DNA from: Bacteroidia bacterium
GTDB taxonomy: Bacteria > Bacteroidota > Bacteroidia > UKL13-3
Direction of reading: 5' to 3'
Assembly (NCBI GenBank): GCA_044360615.1
Contig: JBIKKC010000002.1
Location: forward strand, 1-44,518
DNA length: 44,518 nucleotides
Of this stretch, positions 33,311-42,698 are shown in pieces; within the stretch, counting starts at the first letter, position 1, and the number at the start of each line of letters is the position of its first letter. Below the pieces are notes generated by a model. The model saw only the letters and a program-made list of their open reading frames with translations, searched no databases and was not told the DNA's origin. The translations under genes were made by a program, and so were the position numbers.

Positions 33311-33352
33311 CGCCAAAACAAAACAAATTGATGAATTTTGGCGAATTATAAA
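33311..33352. repeat. copy 1 of a 42-nt hairpin element (CGCCAAAA-N17-TTTTGGCG-AATTATAAA), 2 nt downstream of the ATPase stop
   Basis: 8-bp inverted repeat with a 17-nt spacer plus an identical 9-nt tail. Same architecture and orientation as 34788-34829. The spacers differ. Confidence 0.7.
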
Positions 33353-33354
33353 TA

Positions 33355-34770
33355 CTAATCAATAAACAAAACATCCATTCCCAAATGACTATGAACTAAT
33401 TCTTTGCTGTATTCGTTTTCCTTGATTCCATAAGAAGTAATTAGCGTAACAAAAATATTTTTTCGGGTTTTGGTATCTTGTTGTAGCGCTGCAATTTTAT
33501 TTTTTAGATTCAGATAATATGATTTATCAATTGTAAAAACAGCATTATAAAACTTCATTTCACACAATTGCATAACATTATCGCTACGGTCAATCAACAT
33601 ATCAACTTGGGCATTTTCATTAAACCAACTGCTGCTCGTTGTATAAATAGCATCTATTCTCAACGCCTTCTTGATTTGTTGAATATGTTTAAGGCAAATC
33701 GTTTCAAAAGCAAACCCAGACCATGAGAGATAGGATTGTGTAGTATATAGTTTTTGCCAAGTCCCATCTCCACCATTCTTATTATTGTCAATAAACTTTA
33801 GGTAAAATCTAGCATATTCATCGGATAAGCGATAAAGGGTGAGCTGTTTCTTATTCTGATAGTATGAATAATCCGTTACAAAGCCAGATTCAATTAACTC
33901 TTCAAGTTTTGAAGAAAAATCACCACTAGACGACATTTTACATTGATTTATTAATTCATTTCTCGTGAGTCCTTTATTTGATTTTGCCAACGTTTTTATA
34001 AGTTTCATGTGCCGTTCAGAGTCGTCAAATAGCGAAGCAAACAACTGGTTAAACTCATCGTTTAATACACCATCTTTACTAAAACATAACTTATCAATAT
34101 TTTGAGATGCACTCAACCCTTTACTCAGTTTTTCTAAATAGTGTGGCACCCCACCTAAAGTCATATAAATCTGTATCACGTCATAACGAGTGAATTTTAT
34201 ACCATTCTTTAACAAAAATGCTTCCGTTTCATATAGATTAAATGGAAGCAAACGTATTTTTCTCGTGATTCTATTATGCAGCCCGCCTTTGTTTTTTATA
34301 ATTTTCTGAACCATATAGGAAGCAGCTGAGCCACAAATAACCACAATCAAATCATTCCTTTTGGTGCAATAGGTATTCCAAAAGTTTTCAAAAGCCATTA
34401 AAAACTTCGATTTGGGAGTGGCTATCCAGGGAAATTCATCGATAAATATTACTTTCTTACTTCCTGATTTAAATTTATCTAAATACGATTCAAGCATCGT
34501 GAACGCTTGAAACCATGATTTCGCAGTTTCCAATTCTGTTCGCTTTGTTCTTTTGACGAGCTCCTTACTGAAAGTTTCGAGTTGATCTTTTAGTGAGCCA
34601 CCAAACAATCCTGACATTTCAAAAACAAGGTTAGTCTTAAAGTATTCACGTATCAAATATGTTTTGCCAATTCTTCTTCGTCCGTATAGGGCAATTAATT
34701 CAGACTTGTCATTGTCAATGGCTTCTTTCAGCAGAGCCTGCTCCAACTTTCTTGCAATAATTTTACTCAT
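33355..34770 (-). CDS. AAA-type ATPase with winged-helix and C-terminal PD-(D/E)xK nuclease-like domain (archaeal-ATPase/DUF234-like architecture)
   Basis: 471 aa. Walker A GRRRIGKT, Walker B VIFIDEFP, wHTH-like LIKTLAKSNKGLTRNELI. C-terminal GFAFETIC...VDMLIDR...LCEMKF (E, D, ExK). Confidence 0.75.
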   Translation of the reverse strand: MSKIIARKLEQALLKEAIDNDKSELIALYGRRRIGKTYLIREYFKTNLVFEMSGLFGGSLKDQLETFSKELVKRTKRTELETAKSWFQAFTMLESYLDKFKSGSKKVIFIDEFPWIATPKSKFLMAFENFWNTYCTKRNDLIVVICGSAASYMVQKIIKNKGGLHNRITRKIRLLPFNLYETEAFLLKNGIKFTRYDVIQIYMTLGGVPHYLEKLSKGLSASQNIDKLCFSKDGVLNDEFNQLFASLFDDSERHMKLIKTLAKSNKGLTRNELINQCKMSSSGDFSSKLEELIESGFVTDYSYYQNKKQLTLYRLSDEYARFYLKFIDNNKNGGDGTWQKLYTTQSYLSWSGFAFETICLKHIQQIKKALRIDAIYTTSSSWFNENAQVDMLIDRSDNVMQLCEMKFYNAVFTIDKSYYLNLKNKIAALQQDTKTRKNIFVTLITSYGIKENEYSKELVHSHLGMDVLFID

Positions 34771-34787
34771 AATAACAACTTATAACT

Positions 34788-34829
34788 CGCCAAAAGTACG
34801 AAATAAAATTAGTTTTGGCGAATTATAAA
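34788..34829. repeat. copy 2 of the 42-nt hairpin element, 17 nt upstream of the ATPase start codon
   Basis: CGCCAAAA(34788-34795)-N17-TTTTGGCG(34813-34820)-AATTATAAA(34821-34829). Confidence 0.7.
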
Positions 34830-34954
34830 AGCATTTTACTTCATTCCATAATCAAAACAAAACGATATTATTCTTAAGCCATACGAAATTTTACCAATAA
34901 GAATTAAGCTGCATTTGTACCAAAGCTGCGTAAACCCTCAACTCATCCCAAAAT

Positions 34955-35039
34955 TGGTTCGAGAATAGCCCAGGAGAGGGAGCAAAAGCCGACAGTCCGT
35001 CGGCTTTTTTTTATTTAAAAGAGTTATGTATTACGTTTA
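34955..35039 (+). repeat. third tRNA-Asn 3' fragment plus terminator plus first 14 nt of the GIY-YIG ORF (direct repeat of 32834-32912)
   Basis: TGGTTCGAG[AATA]CCCAGGAGAGGGAGCaAAAGCCGACAGTCCGTCGGCTTTTTTTTATTTAAAAGAGTTATGTATTACGTTTA. It differs from 32834-32912 only by a 4-nt insertion, one substitution and one extra T. Confidence 0.85.
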
Positions 35040-35057
35040 AAAATCCCTTCCCAATTT

Positions 35058-37184
35058 TCACTCCAACCTTAAACTCAACCCAATTCTTTTTCTTTCTAAA
35101 TCTACCTCGAGTACTTTTACTTGCACTTGCTGTTGCAACTTTACTACCGTATTGGGGTCGCTTATGTAGCGGTTGGCAAGCTGCGAAATATGCACCATGC
35201 CGTCTTGCTTTACACCAATATCTACAAAACAGCCAAAGCGAGTTATATTGGTTACTATGCCAGGTAAAACCATGCCCACATATAAATCTTCTGGTTTCTT
35301 AACATCGGCAAATTGAAATTCCACTAAAGTCTCCCGTGGGTCTCTGCCTGGCTTGGCAAGCTCTTTCATAATATCTTGTAAGGTTACTAATCCCGCTTCT
35401 TCACTTACAAATTCTGCAACATTTATATTTTTTCTTATTCCTTCGTTTTGAACCAAATCTGCAACAGTACACTTGTGCCGACTAGCTATTTGATCTAACA
35501 ACGCATAGCGCTCTGGATGCACTGCGCTATTGTCTAAAACATTGGATGCACTGGGAATGCGCAAAAAAGCGGCACATTGCTCAAATGCTTTAGGACCAAG
35601 GCGTGGTACTTTTTTTAATTGCGCTCTACTTTTAAACGCTCCATTCTCCTCTCTAAACTGAATGATATTTTTAGCACTTTGCTCATTTAATCCAGAAACA
35701 TAAGTCAATAAACTTTTGCTAGCAGTATTAACATTTACGCCAACTAGGTTCACACAGTTTTGAACCACTTGGTCTAAACTTTGCTTGAGTTTAGCTTGGT
35801 CTACATCATGCTGGTATTGCCCTACTCCTATTGCTTTGGCTTCTATTTTTACTAATTCTGCCAGTGGGTCGGCCAACCTTCTCCCAATAGAAACTGCACC
35901 TCTAACCGTTAAATCTTTATCTGGAAATTCTTCTCTTGCTACTGCCGAAGCAGAATAAACCGAGGCGCCATTTTCGTTTACCATATAAATAGGTAAACTA
36001 ACTTTTAGGGGAAGCCCTCTCACAAAATTTTCGGTTTCTCTACCAGCAGTTCCATTGCCAATGGCAAAGGCTTGTATGTTATATTTTTCTACAAGTTGTA
36101 TAAGAATCATTTCTGCTTTTTGTACTTCTCGTTGTGGCTCATGCGGATAAATCACTTCATCTGCTTCTAAGCCACCCTCTTGGTTTAAACATACCACCTT
36201 GCAACCCGACCTAAACCCTGGGTCTATAGCCAGTATGCGTTTGCTACCCAGAGGAGCAGCAAGTAATAACTGCTTTAAGTTTTCAGAAAATACTTTTATG
36301 GCTTCATCATCTGCCTTTGCTTTGTAAATAGCTCGGGTTTCATTCTCTAAGGAGGGTGAAAGCAATCGCTTATAAGCATCTTTAACAGCCAATTCTAAGT
36401 GCATACTACTGGCAGTATTTCTTTTAATTAGGAGACTTTCTAAAGCCAATATTGCTTGCTCTTGATTGGGTTCAATAGACACCTTTATAAACCCCTCCTC
36501 TTCTCCCCTAAAAACTGCCAATAGGCGATGAGAAGGGCATTTATTTAGCGGTTCTTCATAAGAAAAATAATCTCTATACTTTTGCCCATCTATTTCTTTC
36601 CCTTTAACCATTTTGGTTTGAACCAAGGCATACCTTTGAAATTGATTTCTGATAGTAGCTCTTGCTAAAGTATTTTCATTAATCATTTCCGCAATAATAT
36701 CTCTTGCCCCTTGCAATGCTTCTTGTACCGTGGTTATGCCATTCTTTAGATAGGGAATAGCCGCAGATTCTGGGTTTTCATTAGATTCTCGCATTAACCA
36801 ATGTGCAAGTGGTTCTAAGCCTTTTTCTTTGGCCACACTTGCTTTGGTTTTACGTTTTTGCTTATAGGGAAGGTATAAGTCTTCTAATAGGTATTCGTCC
36901 CAACATTGTTCAATACTTTGCGCTAAGGCAGGGGTTAATTGTCCTTGACTTTTTATGGTTTGAAGAATAGAAATTTTTCGCTTTTCTAATTCTGTAAACT
37001 TGGCAAGTAATTGCCTAATTTCTTCTATTTGAACCTCATCTAAACCACCAGTTAATTCTTTGCGGTAACGGGCAATGAAAGGTGTAGTGCAAGCCTCTTG
37101 AAGTAGGTTAATGGTATTGGCAACTTGTTTATAGGCAATACCCAATTGCTTAGCTATGCGCGTGGTAGATTCTAATGTTTGCAT
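35058..37184 (-). CDS. tex: Tex-family transcription accessory protein (YqgF/HhH/S1 domains)
   Basis: TPFIARYRKE N-terminal signature, a YqgF-like RNase H fold (ILAIDPGFRSGCKV), HhH region and C-terminal S1 domain (GMVLPGIVTNITRFGCFVDIG...DGMVHISQL). ATG 37184 (TTG 37196 is an alternative). Confidence 0.9.
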   Translation of the reverse strand: MQTLESTTRIAKQLGIAYKQVANTINLLQEACTTPFIARYRKELTGGLDEVQIEEIRQLLAKFTELEKRKISILQTIKSQGQLTPALAQSIEQCWDEYLLEDLYLPYKQKRKTKASVAKEKGLEPLAHWLMRESNENPESAAIPYLKNGITTVQEALQGARDIIAEMINENTLARATIRNQFQRYALVQTKMVKGKEIDGQKYRDYFSYEEPLNKCPSHRLLAVFRGEEEGFIKVSIEPNQEQAILALESLLIKRNTASSMHLELAVKDAYKRLLSPSLENETRAIYKAKADDEAIKVFSENLKQLLLAAPLGSKRILAIDPGFRSGCKVVCLNQEGGLEADEVIYPHEPQREVQKAEMILIQLVEKYNIQAFAIGNGTAGRETENFVRGLPLKVSLPIYMVNENGASVYSASAVAREEFPDKDLTVRGAVSIGRRLADPLAELVKIEAKAIGVGQYQHDVDQAKLKQSLDQVVQNCVNLVGVNVNTASKSLLTYVSGLNEQSAKNIIQFREENGAFKSRAQLKKVPRLGPKAFEQCAAFLRIPSASNVLDNSAVHPERYALLDQIASRHKCTVADLVQNEGIRKNINVAEFVSEEAGLVTLQDIMKELAKPGRDPRETLVEFQFADVKKPEDLYVGMVLPGIVTNITRFGCFVDIGVKQDGMVHISQLANRYISDPNTVVKLQQQVQVKVLEVDLERKRIGLSLRLE

Positions 37185-37263
37185 GTGAAGTGGCAATGAT
37201 ACCTGATTTTAAGAATTATTTCCCCTAACTTTACCGCCTTTATTTATTTTTAAATTTAATTTC

Positions 37264-37746
37264 ATGCAAATTAGCGCAAACAAAGTAGTGTCTATACACT
37301 ACACCTTAACCAACAATGAAGGCGATGTATTAGACACCAGCAGTGGTGGAGAACCTCTTAACTATATTCAAGGAATTGGAGCCCTTATCCAAGGAATGGA
37401 AGAAGGATTAGAAGGCAAAAGTTTAGGCGACAAACTCCAACTTAAAATTGCACCAGAAAAAGGTTATGGTGTATTGCAAATGGAAATGATACAGCAAGTT
37501 CCGATGAGTGCCTTTGGTGGGCAAATGGTAAGTCCAGGAATGCAATTTGAGGCCGGAAGCGAAGAGCAACGTTTTTTAGTAACTGTTAAAGAAGTAACAG
37601 ATGAATTTGTTATCATTGATGGCAATCACCCATTGGCTGGCGTAGAACTTAACTTCGATGTGGAAGTACTAGAAGTTAGAGAGGCTACAGAAGAAGAACT
37701 AGCCCACGGACATGTTCATGGCCCAGGTGGTCATCACCATCATTAA
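37264..37746 (+). CDS. slyD: SlyD-type FKBP peptidyl-prolyl isomerase with His-rich metal-binding tail
   Basis: 160 aa. VVSIHYTL....G.V.D.S, an IF insert, IIDGNHPLAG, and the tail HGHVHGPGGHHHH. Confidence 0.85.
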   Translation: MQISANKVVSIHYTLTNNEGDVLDTSSGGEPLNYIQGIGALIQGMEEGLEGKSLGDKLQLKIAPEKGYGVLQMEMIQQVPMSAFGGQMVSPGMQFEAGSEEQRFLVTVKEVTDEFVIIDGNHPLAGVELNFDVEVLEVREATEEELAHGHVHGPGGHHHH

Positions 37747-38189
37747 AATCTAAACAAAGGGCTTGTGCCCCAAGGTATGCGAGATAGGATAAGTATAAGT
37801 CCTAGTCCGAAGAAAATAAGACTACGCTTATATTTATCTACGTCTGCATACGCCTTACGTGTTCTAATTCTACCTATTTGAATAAGCGCTACCCCAATGA
37901 TATTGGTAAGCGGGTGCTCAATTAAAATACCGCGCAACACTCTATCCTTCATAGTAGCGGCCATATCTTGCATGGCAGCTTGCACAGTTGGACTCAAAAA
38001 CAATAAAACAATACCAATTAACAATTGGGTATGGGCCACAGCAACCAACAAAGCGCCCGAAGTATTGTCTGCTTTATTATAAACTTGCTTATTCATAAGC
38101 CCCATGATGGCTCTAACAATAGCATACAATGCTGCTGCTATAAAAACCCAGCGCAATAAATTGTGAACCGAAAGTATAGTTAAGTACAT
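37743..38189 (-). CDS. hypothetical integral membrane protein (4 TM)
   Basis: 148 aa with four hydrophobic helices. Convergent 4-nt overlap with the slyD stop. I recognise no family. Confidence 0.5.
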   Translation of the reverse strand: MYLTILSVHNLLRWVFIAAALYAIVRAIMGLMNKQVYNKADNTSGALLVAVAHTQLLIGIVLLFLSPTVQAAMQDMAATMKDRVLRGILIEHPLTNIIGVALIQIGRIRTRKAYADVDKYKRSLIFFGLGLILILSRIPWGTSPLFRF

Positions 38190-38258
38190 AGTTTAGAATT
38201 TTTATCAAAACTAAAGAATCGCTATCTTTTATCAAGCTAGTTTTTAACAATTAATTTG

Positions 38259-40331
38259 ATGATAGCCACTTTTTGGCAACAGATGCCCTTTGTAAGAATT
38301 CTACTTCCCTTTTGCTTAGGGATTGTGGGCGCAAGTATATGCACTTTAAACTGGCCAATAATGGCTATTTTCCTGGCATTCTGGGCAATCTTATTTTTCC
38401 TATACTGCGCCAAAATTAAAAAAATTCGGTTTGAACCTATTCCTGGCGTACTGGCTTTTTTGTGTTTGGTAACCCTAGGTATGTTGAGTGTAAAACTTCA
38501 AGAGGCTAAATTTTTACATGCGCACTTTTCTAAACAGAAAGCTACATTTTTACTGGCAACCATTACTCAGAAACCTGTAGTAAAAGACAAAAGTATAAGC
38601 ATGGAAACTGCTGTATTTGCTTGCCTCGACAGCAATAAGCAGCTTCACTATTGCCAAGGAAATTTAGCCTTATCGCTTGCAAAAGATAGTTTGGCTAAGA
38701 CATTAGGCTATGGCAATCAAATTTTAATTAAATCTGGTTTTCAGGAAATAAGTGCACCTAAAAACCCAAGTGGCTTTAATTACCAGCAATGGATGAGCCG
38801 CAAGGGATTTTACCATCAAATTTGGTGCAATTCTAAGACTTGGTTCAAACTGAATGCTACTAACGGAAATTTGATTTTGAGTAAAGTATATGCCGCCCAA
38901 GATTACATTAGTAACATACTAAAAATGTACCTAGAAGGAGACGAGCAGATTGGGATAGCCGAGGCATTGCTGTTTGGCTTAGACGACCATATTCCACAAG
39001 AAATCATAGATGCTTATAGTCATACCGGCACCCTACATGTTTTAGCCGTAAGTGGCATGCATGTAGGTCTAATTTATTTGATTTTAGGAGCAATGTTTAA
39101 ACCCTTTAAAAGTAAGAAGTGGGCAAAATGGGTAGAGCCCTGGTTTATGCTTACGGGTATTTGGTTGTACTCTTTACTTTGTGGGCTCTCGCCTAGCATA
39201 TTGAGGGCTAGTGTAATGTTTAGCTTTATGATTATGGGCAAGCTCATAAGCAGAAGCGGCAACCCTTTTAACAGTTTAGCAGCCTCTGCCTTCTTTTTAT
39301 TGTTTTACGACCCGCAACTGCTTTACCATGTAGGGTTTCAGCTAAGTTATGCGGCAGTGCTAGGCATAATTGGTTTCTATCCTTACCTCTACCTTTTTTA
39401 TACGCCACCTTTTAAATGGATAGACGAAATTTGGAAAGTAATAGCCGTTTCATTGTCGGCACAGCTCCTCACCTTTCCATTGAGTTTATGCTACTTTCAC
39501 CAATTTCCTAATTACTTTTTACCTGCTAATCTCATCCTTATTCCTATTACAACGCTTATTATTTATTTAGGCATACTATTATTGATTTTTCAGCCCTTCT
39601 TTTGGCTTTCAAAAATGCTTGCCTGGTTAATTGCGCAGTTTATTTCTTTGGCCAATGCCACCGCCCATACCATTGCCTCTTTACCATTTGCCAGCATAAA
39701 TCAAATTCCCTTTACCATGGGTGAAGCGCTTTGTTTGTATGTACTTATTATTTTGGCAGTTTTATATTTTAAGCAAAGAAACCTACTCCATTTAAAACTT
39801 GCCTTAGTTCTTATGGTTGGGCTAGGCTTGTATAGTTCTTATGTATTTTATAGGCATCGGCAACAAGAGCAACTGGTAATTTTTCATAGCACTAAAGGAT
39901 TACTTATTTCTTATACCAAAGGGAGAGCTACGCAGTACTTAACTAACCCAGAATCTCTTGCTAGTAATTATTTTAAAAGAACTATTAAAGATCAAACGCT
40001 TTTTAATCAAAGTAAGGAAGTAAACATAGATAGTTTTCCTAGTGCAAATTTTAGGTTCTATTTGAACCAACATATGGTTTATGTTTTAGCCCATACACCC
40101 AAAATAATAACCCCAAAAGCTTCCATTTTAGTGCTGAGCGGGAAAGCTTGGTTCAACCTAGAACCCTTACTTGAAGAAGAAAAACCGAAGCTCATTGTAT
40201 TGGCTAATTCTATACCCCAAAAGAAAAGAGAAGCGCTTATTAAACTTTGTGGAAAACATAAGGTTCGGTTTTATGATATTGCAAGTGCTGGAGCCTTTGT
40301 AATAAATGCTAAAGAATGGAAGAACTTGTAA
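38259..40331 (+). CDS. comEC: ComEC/Rec2-family DNA internalisation channel protein (no beta-lactamase domain evident)
   Basis: About 690 aa. N-terminal TMs plus an OB-like region. Competence domain signature YSHTGTLHVLAVSGMHVG...LSPSILRASVMF and multiple TM helices. Confidence 0.85.
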   Translation: MIATFWQQMPFVRILLPFCLGIVGASICTLNWPIMAIFLAFWAILFFLYCAKIKKIRFEPIPGVLAFLCLVTLGMLSVKLQEAKFLHAHFSKQKATFLLATITQKPVVKDKSISMETAVFACLDSNKQLHYCQGNLALSLAKDSLAKTLGYGNQILIKSGFQEISAPKNPSGFNYQQWMSRKGFYHQIWCNSKTWFKLNATNGNLILSKVYAAQDYISNILKMYLEGDEQIGIAEALLFGLDDHIPQEIIDAYSHTGTLHVLAVSGMHVGLIYLILGAMFKPFKSKKWAKWVEPWFMLTGIWLYSLLCGLSPSILRASVMFSFMIMGKLISRSGNPFNSLAASAFFLLFYDPQLLYHVGFQLSYAAVLGIIGFYPYLYLFYTPPFKWIDEIWKVIAVSLSAQLLTFPLSLCYFHQFPNYFLPANLILIPITTLIIYLGILLLIFQPFFWLSKMLAWLIAQFISLANATAHTIASLPFASINQIPFTMGEALCLYVLIILAVLYFKQRNLLHLKLALVLMVGLGLYSSYVFYRHRQQEQLVIFHSTKGLLISYTKGRATQYLTNPESLASNYFKRTIKDQTLFNQSKEVNIDSFPSANFRFYLNQHMVYVLAHTPKIITPKASILVLSGKAWFNLEPLLEEEKPKLIVLANSIPQKKREALIKLCGKHKVRFYDIASAGAFVINAKEWKNL

Positions 40332-41092
40332 CATATGAAATTAAAGATAGGGTTGCTTACTTAACCCTAAACAGACCAGAAAAGCGCAATGCGTTAAGCT
40401 TTGAATTTGTGGGTGTAATTAAAGAAAGCATCCAAAAAGCCCTTGCAGATGCAAATTGCAAAGTTTTGGTAATAAGAGGAAATGGAGAAGCATTTTGTTC
40501 TGGAGCAGACTTAGCCTCTTTACAACAATTGCAAAACAACACCTTTGAAGAAAACATTGCAGATAGCACACATTTGGCAGAACTATTTCTGCTTATTTAC
40601 CACTCGCCAAAAGTAGTAATTAGCTTAGTGCATGGAGCAGCTTTTGCGGGCGGTTGTGGCTTAGCTACCATTTGTGATTTTTGCTTTGCAGAATCGCACG
40701 CGCGTTTTGCTTATACAGAAGTAAAAATTGGATTTATACCAGCTATTGTTTTGGTATTCTTATTAAGGCAAATAGGAGAACGCAAAGCACGCCAAATTTT
40801 ATTATCAGGAGAAATATTAGATGCTTTACAAGCCAAAGAATTAGGGCTTATTAATTATGTGGTAGACTCTTCGCTAATTCATGAAACAGTGCACGAGTTT
40901 GCAGTTAAACTAGCCAAACAAACATCTGCACAATCTATAGCCTCAACAAAAAAAATGCTTGCCAATGTACCCGAAAAAAGTTTGGAAGAAGCTATAAAAT
41001 ATGCTGCAGAAATGAATGCAAATGCACGTTCTAGCGAGGATTGCAAAAAAGGAATTGCCGCATTTTTAAATAAAGAAAAAATACGTTGGTAA
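40316..41092 (+). CDS. enoyl-CoA hydratase/isomerase (crotonase) family protein
   Basis: 258 aa. LNRPEKRNAL, GNGEAFCSGADL, GAAFAGGCGLA and the oxyanion-hole pattern. The stop TAA overlaps the next ATG (TAATG). Confidence 0.85.
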   Translation: MEELVTYEIKDRVAYLTLNRPEKRNALSFEFVGVIKESIQKALADANCKVLVIRGNGEAFCSGADLASLQQLQNNTFEENIADSTHLAELFLLIYHSPKVVISLVHGAAFAGGCGLATICDFCFAESHARFAYTEVKIGFIPAIVLVFLLRQIGERKARQILLSGEILDALQAKELGLINYVVDSSLIHETVHEFAVKLAKQTSAQSIASTKKMLANVPEKSLEEAIKYAAEMNANARSSEDCKKGIAAFLNKEKIRW

Positions 41093-41787
41093 TGAAAAAT
41101 ATCTTACTAACTAGCTTCCTACTTCTTAGTTGTGTAGTTTTTGCTCAATATAAAATTAATGAGGGTAAAATATTCTACGACATCAGCTATAAAAATTTAA
41201 GTCCAGACATGAAACGTAACGAACACATGTTACCACATGATGCGAGTTTCTATTTTAAAGGTCAAAAAACCAGAATGGAAATGGGCATAGCGGGCATGGG
41301 CAAAAACACTACTATTTACAATGGCAATACGAAAGAAACAGTTATCCTTTTAAATCTGTTTGGTAAAAAACTTGCCTTAAAAAAGAGCGATAGTGAAATG
41401 GTGGCTTTTAAAAAGACAATTATACCAGATTCTATAAAAGTTACCTCGTCGGTAACGCTATTCCCCGATACAAAAAAAATAGCAGGCTATGTTTGTCAGA
41501 AAGCCATGGTAAAACAAATAATTGGCAAAGACACCTTTAATAATGAATGTTGGTTCTCGAGAGATATTGCGCCCTATAATACCATGCAAGACCCCTCACT
41601 AGAAGGAATTCCAGGCATTTTAATGCAGTATGGTTCTAATGCGAGCGGTGCTTTAATGACCTTAACGGTTAGAATGGTTAGCCCTATTCCTATGGAAGAT
41701 TATTTATTTGAGATTCCAAAAGAATACCAGGTAGTAACAGAAGAAGAATTAAATAAATTAATACCAGTGCTTCAAGGGCAACGCTAG
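41092..41787 (+). CDS. GLPGLI-family secreted protein
   Basis: Signal peptide MKNILLTSFLLLSCVVFAQ. About 230 aa with a GIPGIL motif (LEGIPGILMQYGS) at the position of the family-defining GLPGLI motif. Confidence 0.55.
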   Translation: MKNILLTSFLLLSCVVFAQYKINEGKIFYDISYKNLSPDMKRNEHMLPHDASFYFKGQKTRMEMGIAGMGKNTTIYNGNTKETVILLNLFGKKLALKKSDSEMVAFKKTIIPDSIKVTSSVTLFPDTKKIAGYVCQKAMVKQIIGKDTFNNECWFSRDIAPYNTMQDPSLEGIPGILMQYGSNASGALMTLTVRMVSPIPMEDYLFEIPKEYQVVTEEELNKLIPVLQGQR

Positions 41788-42698
41788 GAGATTGCGCTTA
41801 TTTTACTTTCTGGTTGACCCAAACTACTAACGAGTTCAATTAAATGATTAAAGCTAGTAAGCTTAATTACATTGTTAAATTCTTCGAAATTTTCAGTTAC
41901 AAATTGATGACCAGAAATTAGAATAGTACTTTTAGGCCAACTTTCTGTTAAAAATTTAACAAAAGCATGTTTGTCCATATCATGCTGGGGTATGGTCATT
42001 AAAGTAAGTATAAAATCTGGGGAATGCTTTTCGAAAGCTTCTCTTAAATCAGTTAATGGAACTTCCTGACCTAGGAATAAAACTTCTTGTCCACGAGAGC
42101 GAATGATATAATTAGCAAAAAGCAAACCTAGCGAGTGCTTTTCGAACTCGGGCAAAAACAATAAAAATTTCTTTTTACTTAAATTAGGTTTTCCAACCTG
42201 GCCATCGATAGCAACATATAATTTCTGCTTGATGATATTAGAAACAAAATGTTCATGAGATGGGACTAAAGTACCCACTTGCCAAAGTAATCCTACTTCC
42301 TGAAGAAAGGGGAACACAATTTTGAGGAAGGTTTCTTCGAAGCCAAATTGTATGATGTATGTATTTAACAGTTTGTGAAATCCCAATTCATCGAAACTCA
42401 TCATTGCTGCAATGAAAGAACGAATATGGATTTTATATTCAGAAGTTGCAGAACTTAACTCTACCACTTTTTGAGCTATTTCTTCACTGTCAAATTTTGC
42501 GATTTCTGAAATTTTTAAACCACTATCATTTAAAACACTGATATTTAAAAGTGTCTTGAGGTCTTGGTCATCGTAATAGCGAATATTGGTTTCGCTGCGC
42601 TTGGGAACAATAATGCCGTATCTTTGCTCCCAGATGCGGAGCGTATGGCATTTTATCCCCGTAAGTGCTTCGATATCTTTTATTGAAAAAATTCCCAA
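41784..42698 (-). CDS. MerR-family regulator with B12-binding domain (CarH/LitR-type light-responsive repressor)
   Basis: N-terminal MerR HTH (FSIKDIEALTGIKCHTLRIWEQRYG). Four-helix-bundle W-x9-EH (WQVGTLVPSHEH). Rossmann B12 motif E-x-H-x-x-G (EKHSLG). TTG start at 42698; the next in-frame Met would delete the HTH. Confidence 0.8.
   Translation of the reverse strand: MGIFSIKDIEALTGIKCHTLRIWEQRYGIIVPKRSETNIRYYDDQDLKTLLNISVLNDSGLKISEIAKFDSEEIAQKVVELSSATSEYKIHIRSFIAAMMSFDELGFHKLLNTYIIQFGFEETFLKIVFPFLQEVGLLWQVGTLVPSHEHFVSNIIKQKLYVAIDGQVGKPNLSKKKFLLFLPEFEKHSLGLLFANYIIRSRGQEVLFLGQEVPLTDLREAFEKHSPDFILTLMTIPQHDMDKHAFVKFLTESWPKSTILISGHQFVTENFEEFNNVIKLTSFNHLIELVSSLGQPESKISAIS

Larger units (their letters stand above)
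32899..35039. mobile_element. candidate ~2.1-kb tRNA-Asn-linked islet (GIY-YIG, pseudo-tRNA, ATPase-nuclease) bounded by ~80-bp direct repeats; no integrase
   Basis: Direct repeats 32834-32912 and 34955-35039, three tRNA-Asn-derived segments, and cargo typical of selfish or defence-like cassettes. Confidence 0.35.

Noticed and set aside
37708-37746. C-terminal HGHVHGPGGHHHH of the FKBP protein, which looks like an engineered His-tag
   Set aside because: His-rich metal-binding tails are a native feature of SlyD-type PPIases. No vector-like sequence flanks it. The His/Glu-rich tail of tig (5405-5449) is likewise treated as a lineage-specific tail only.
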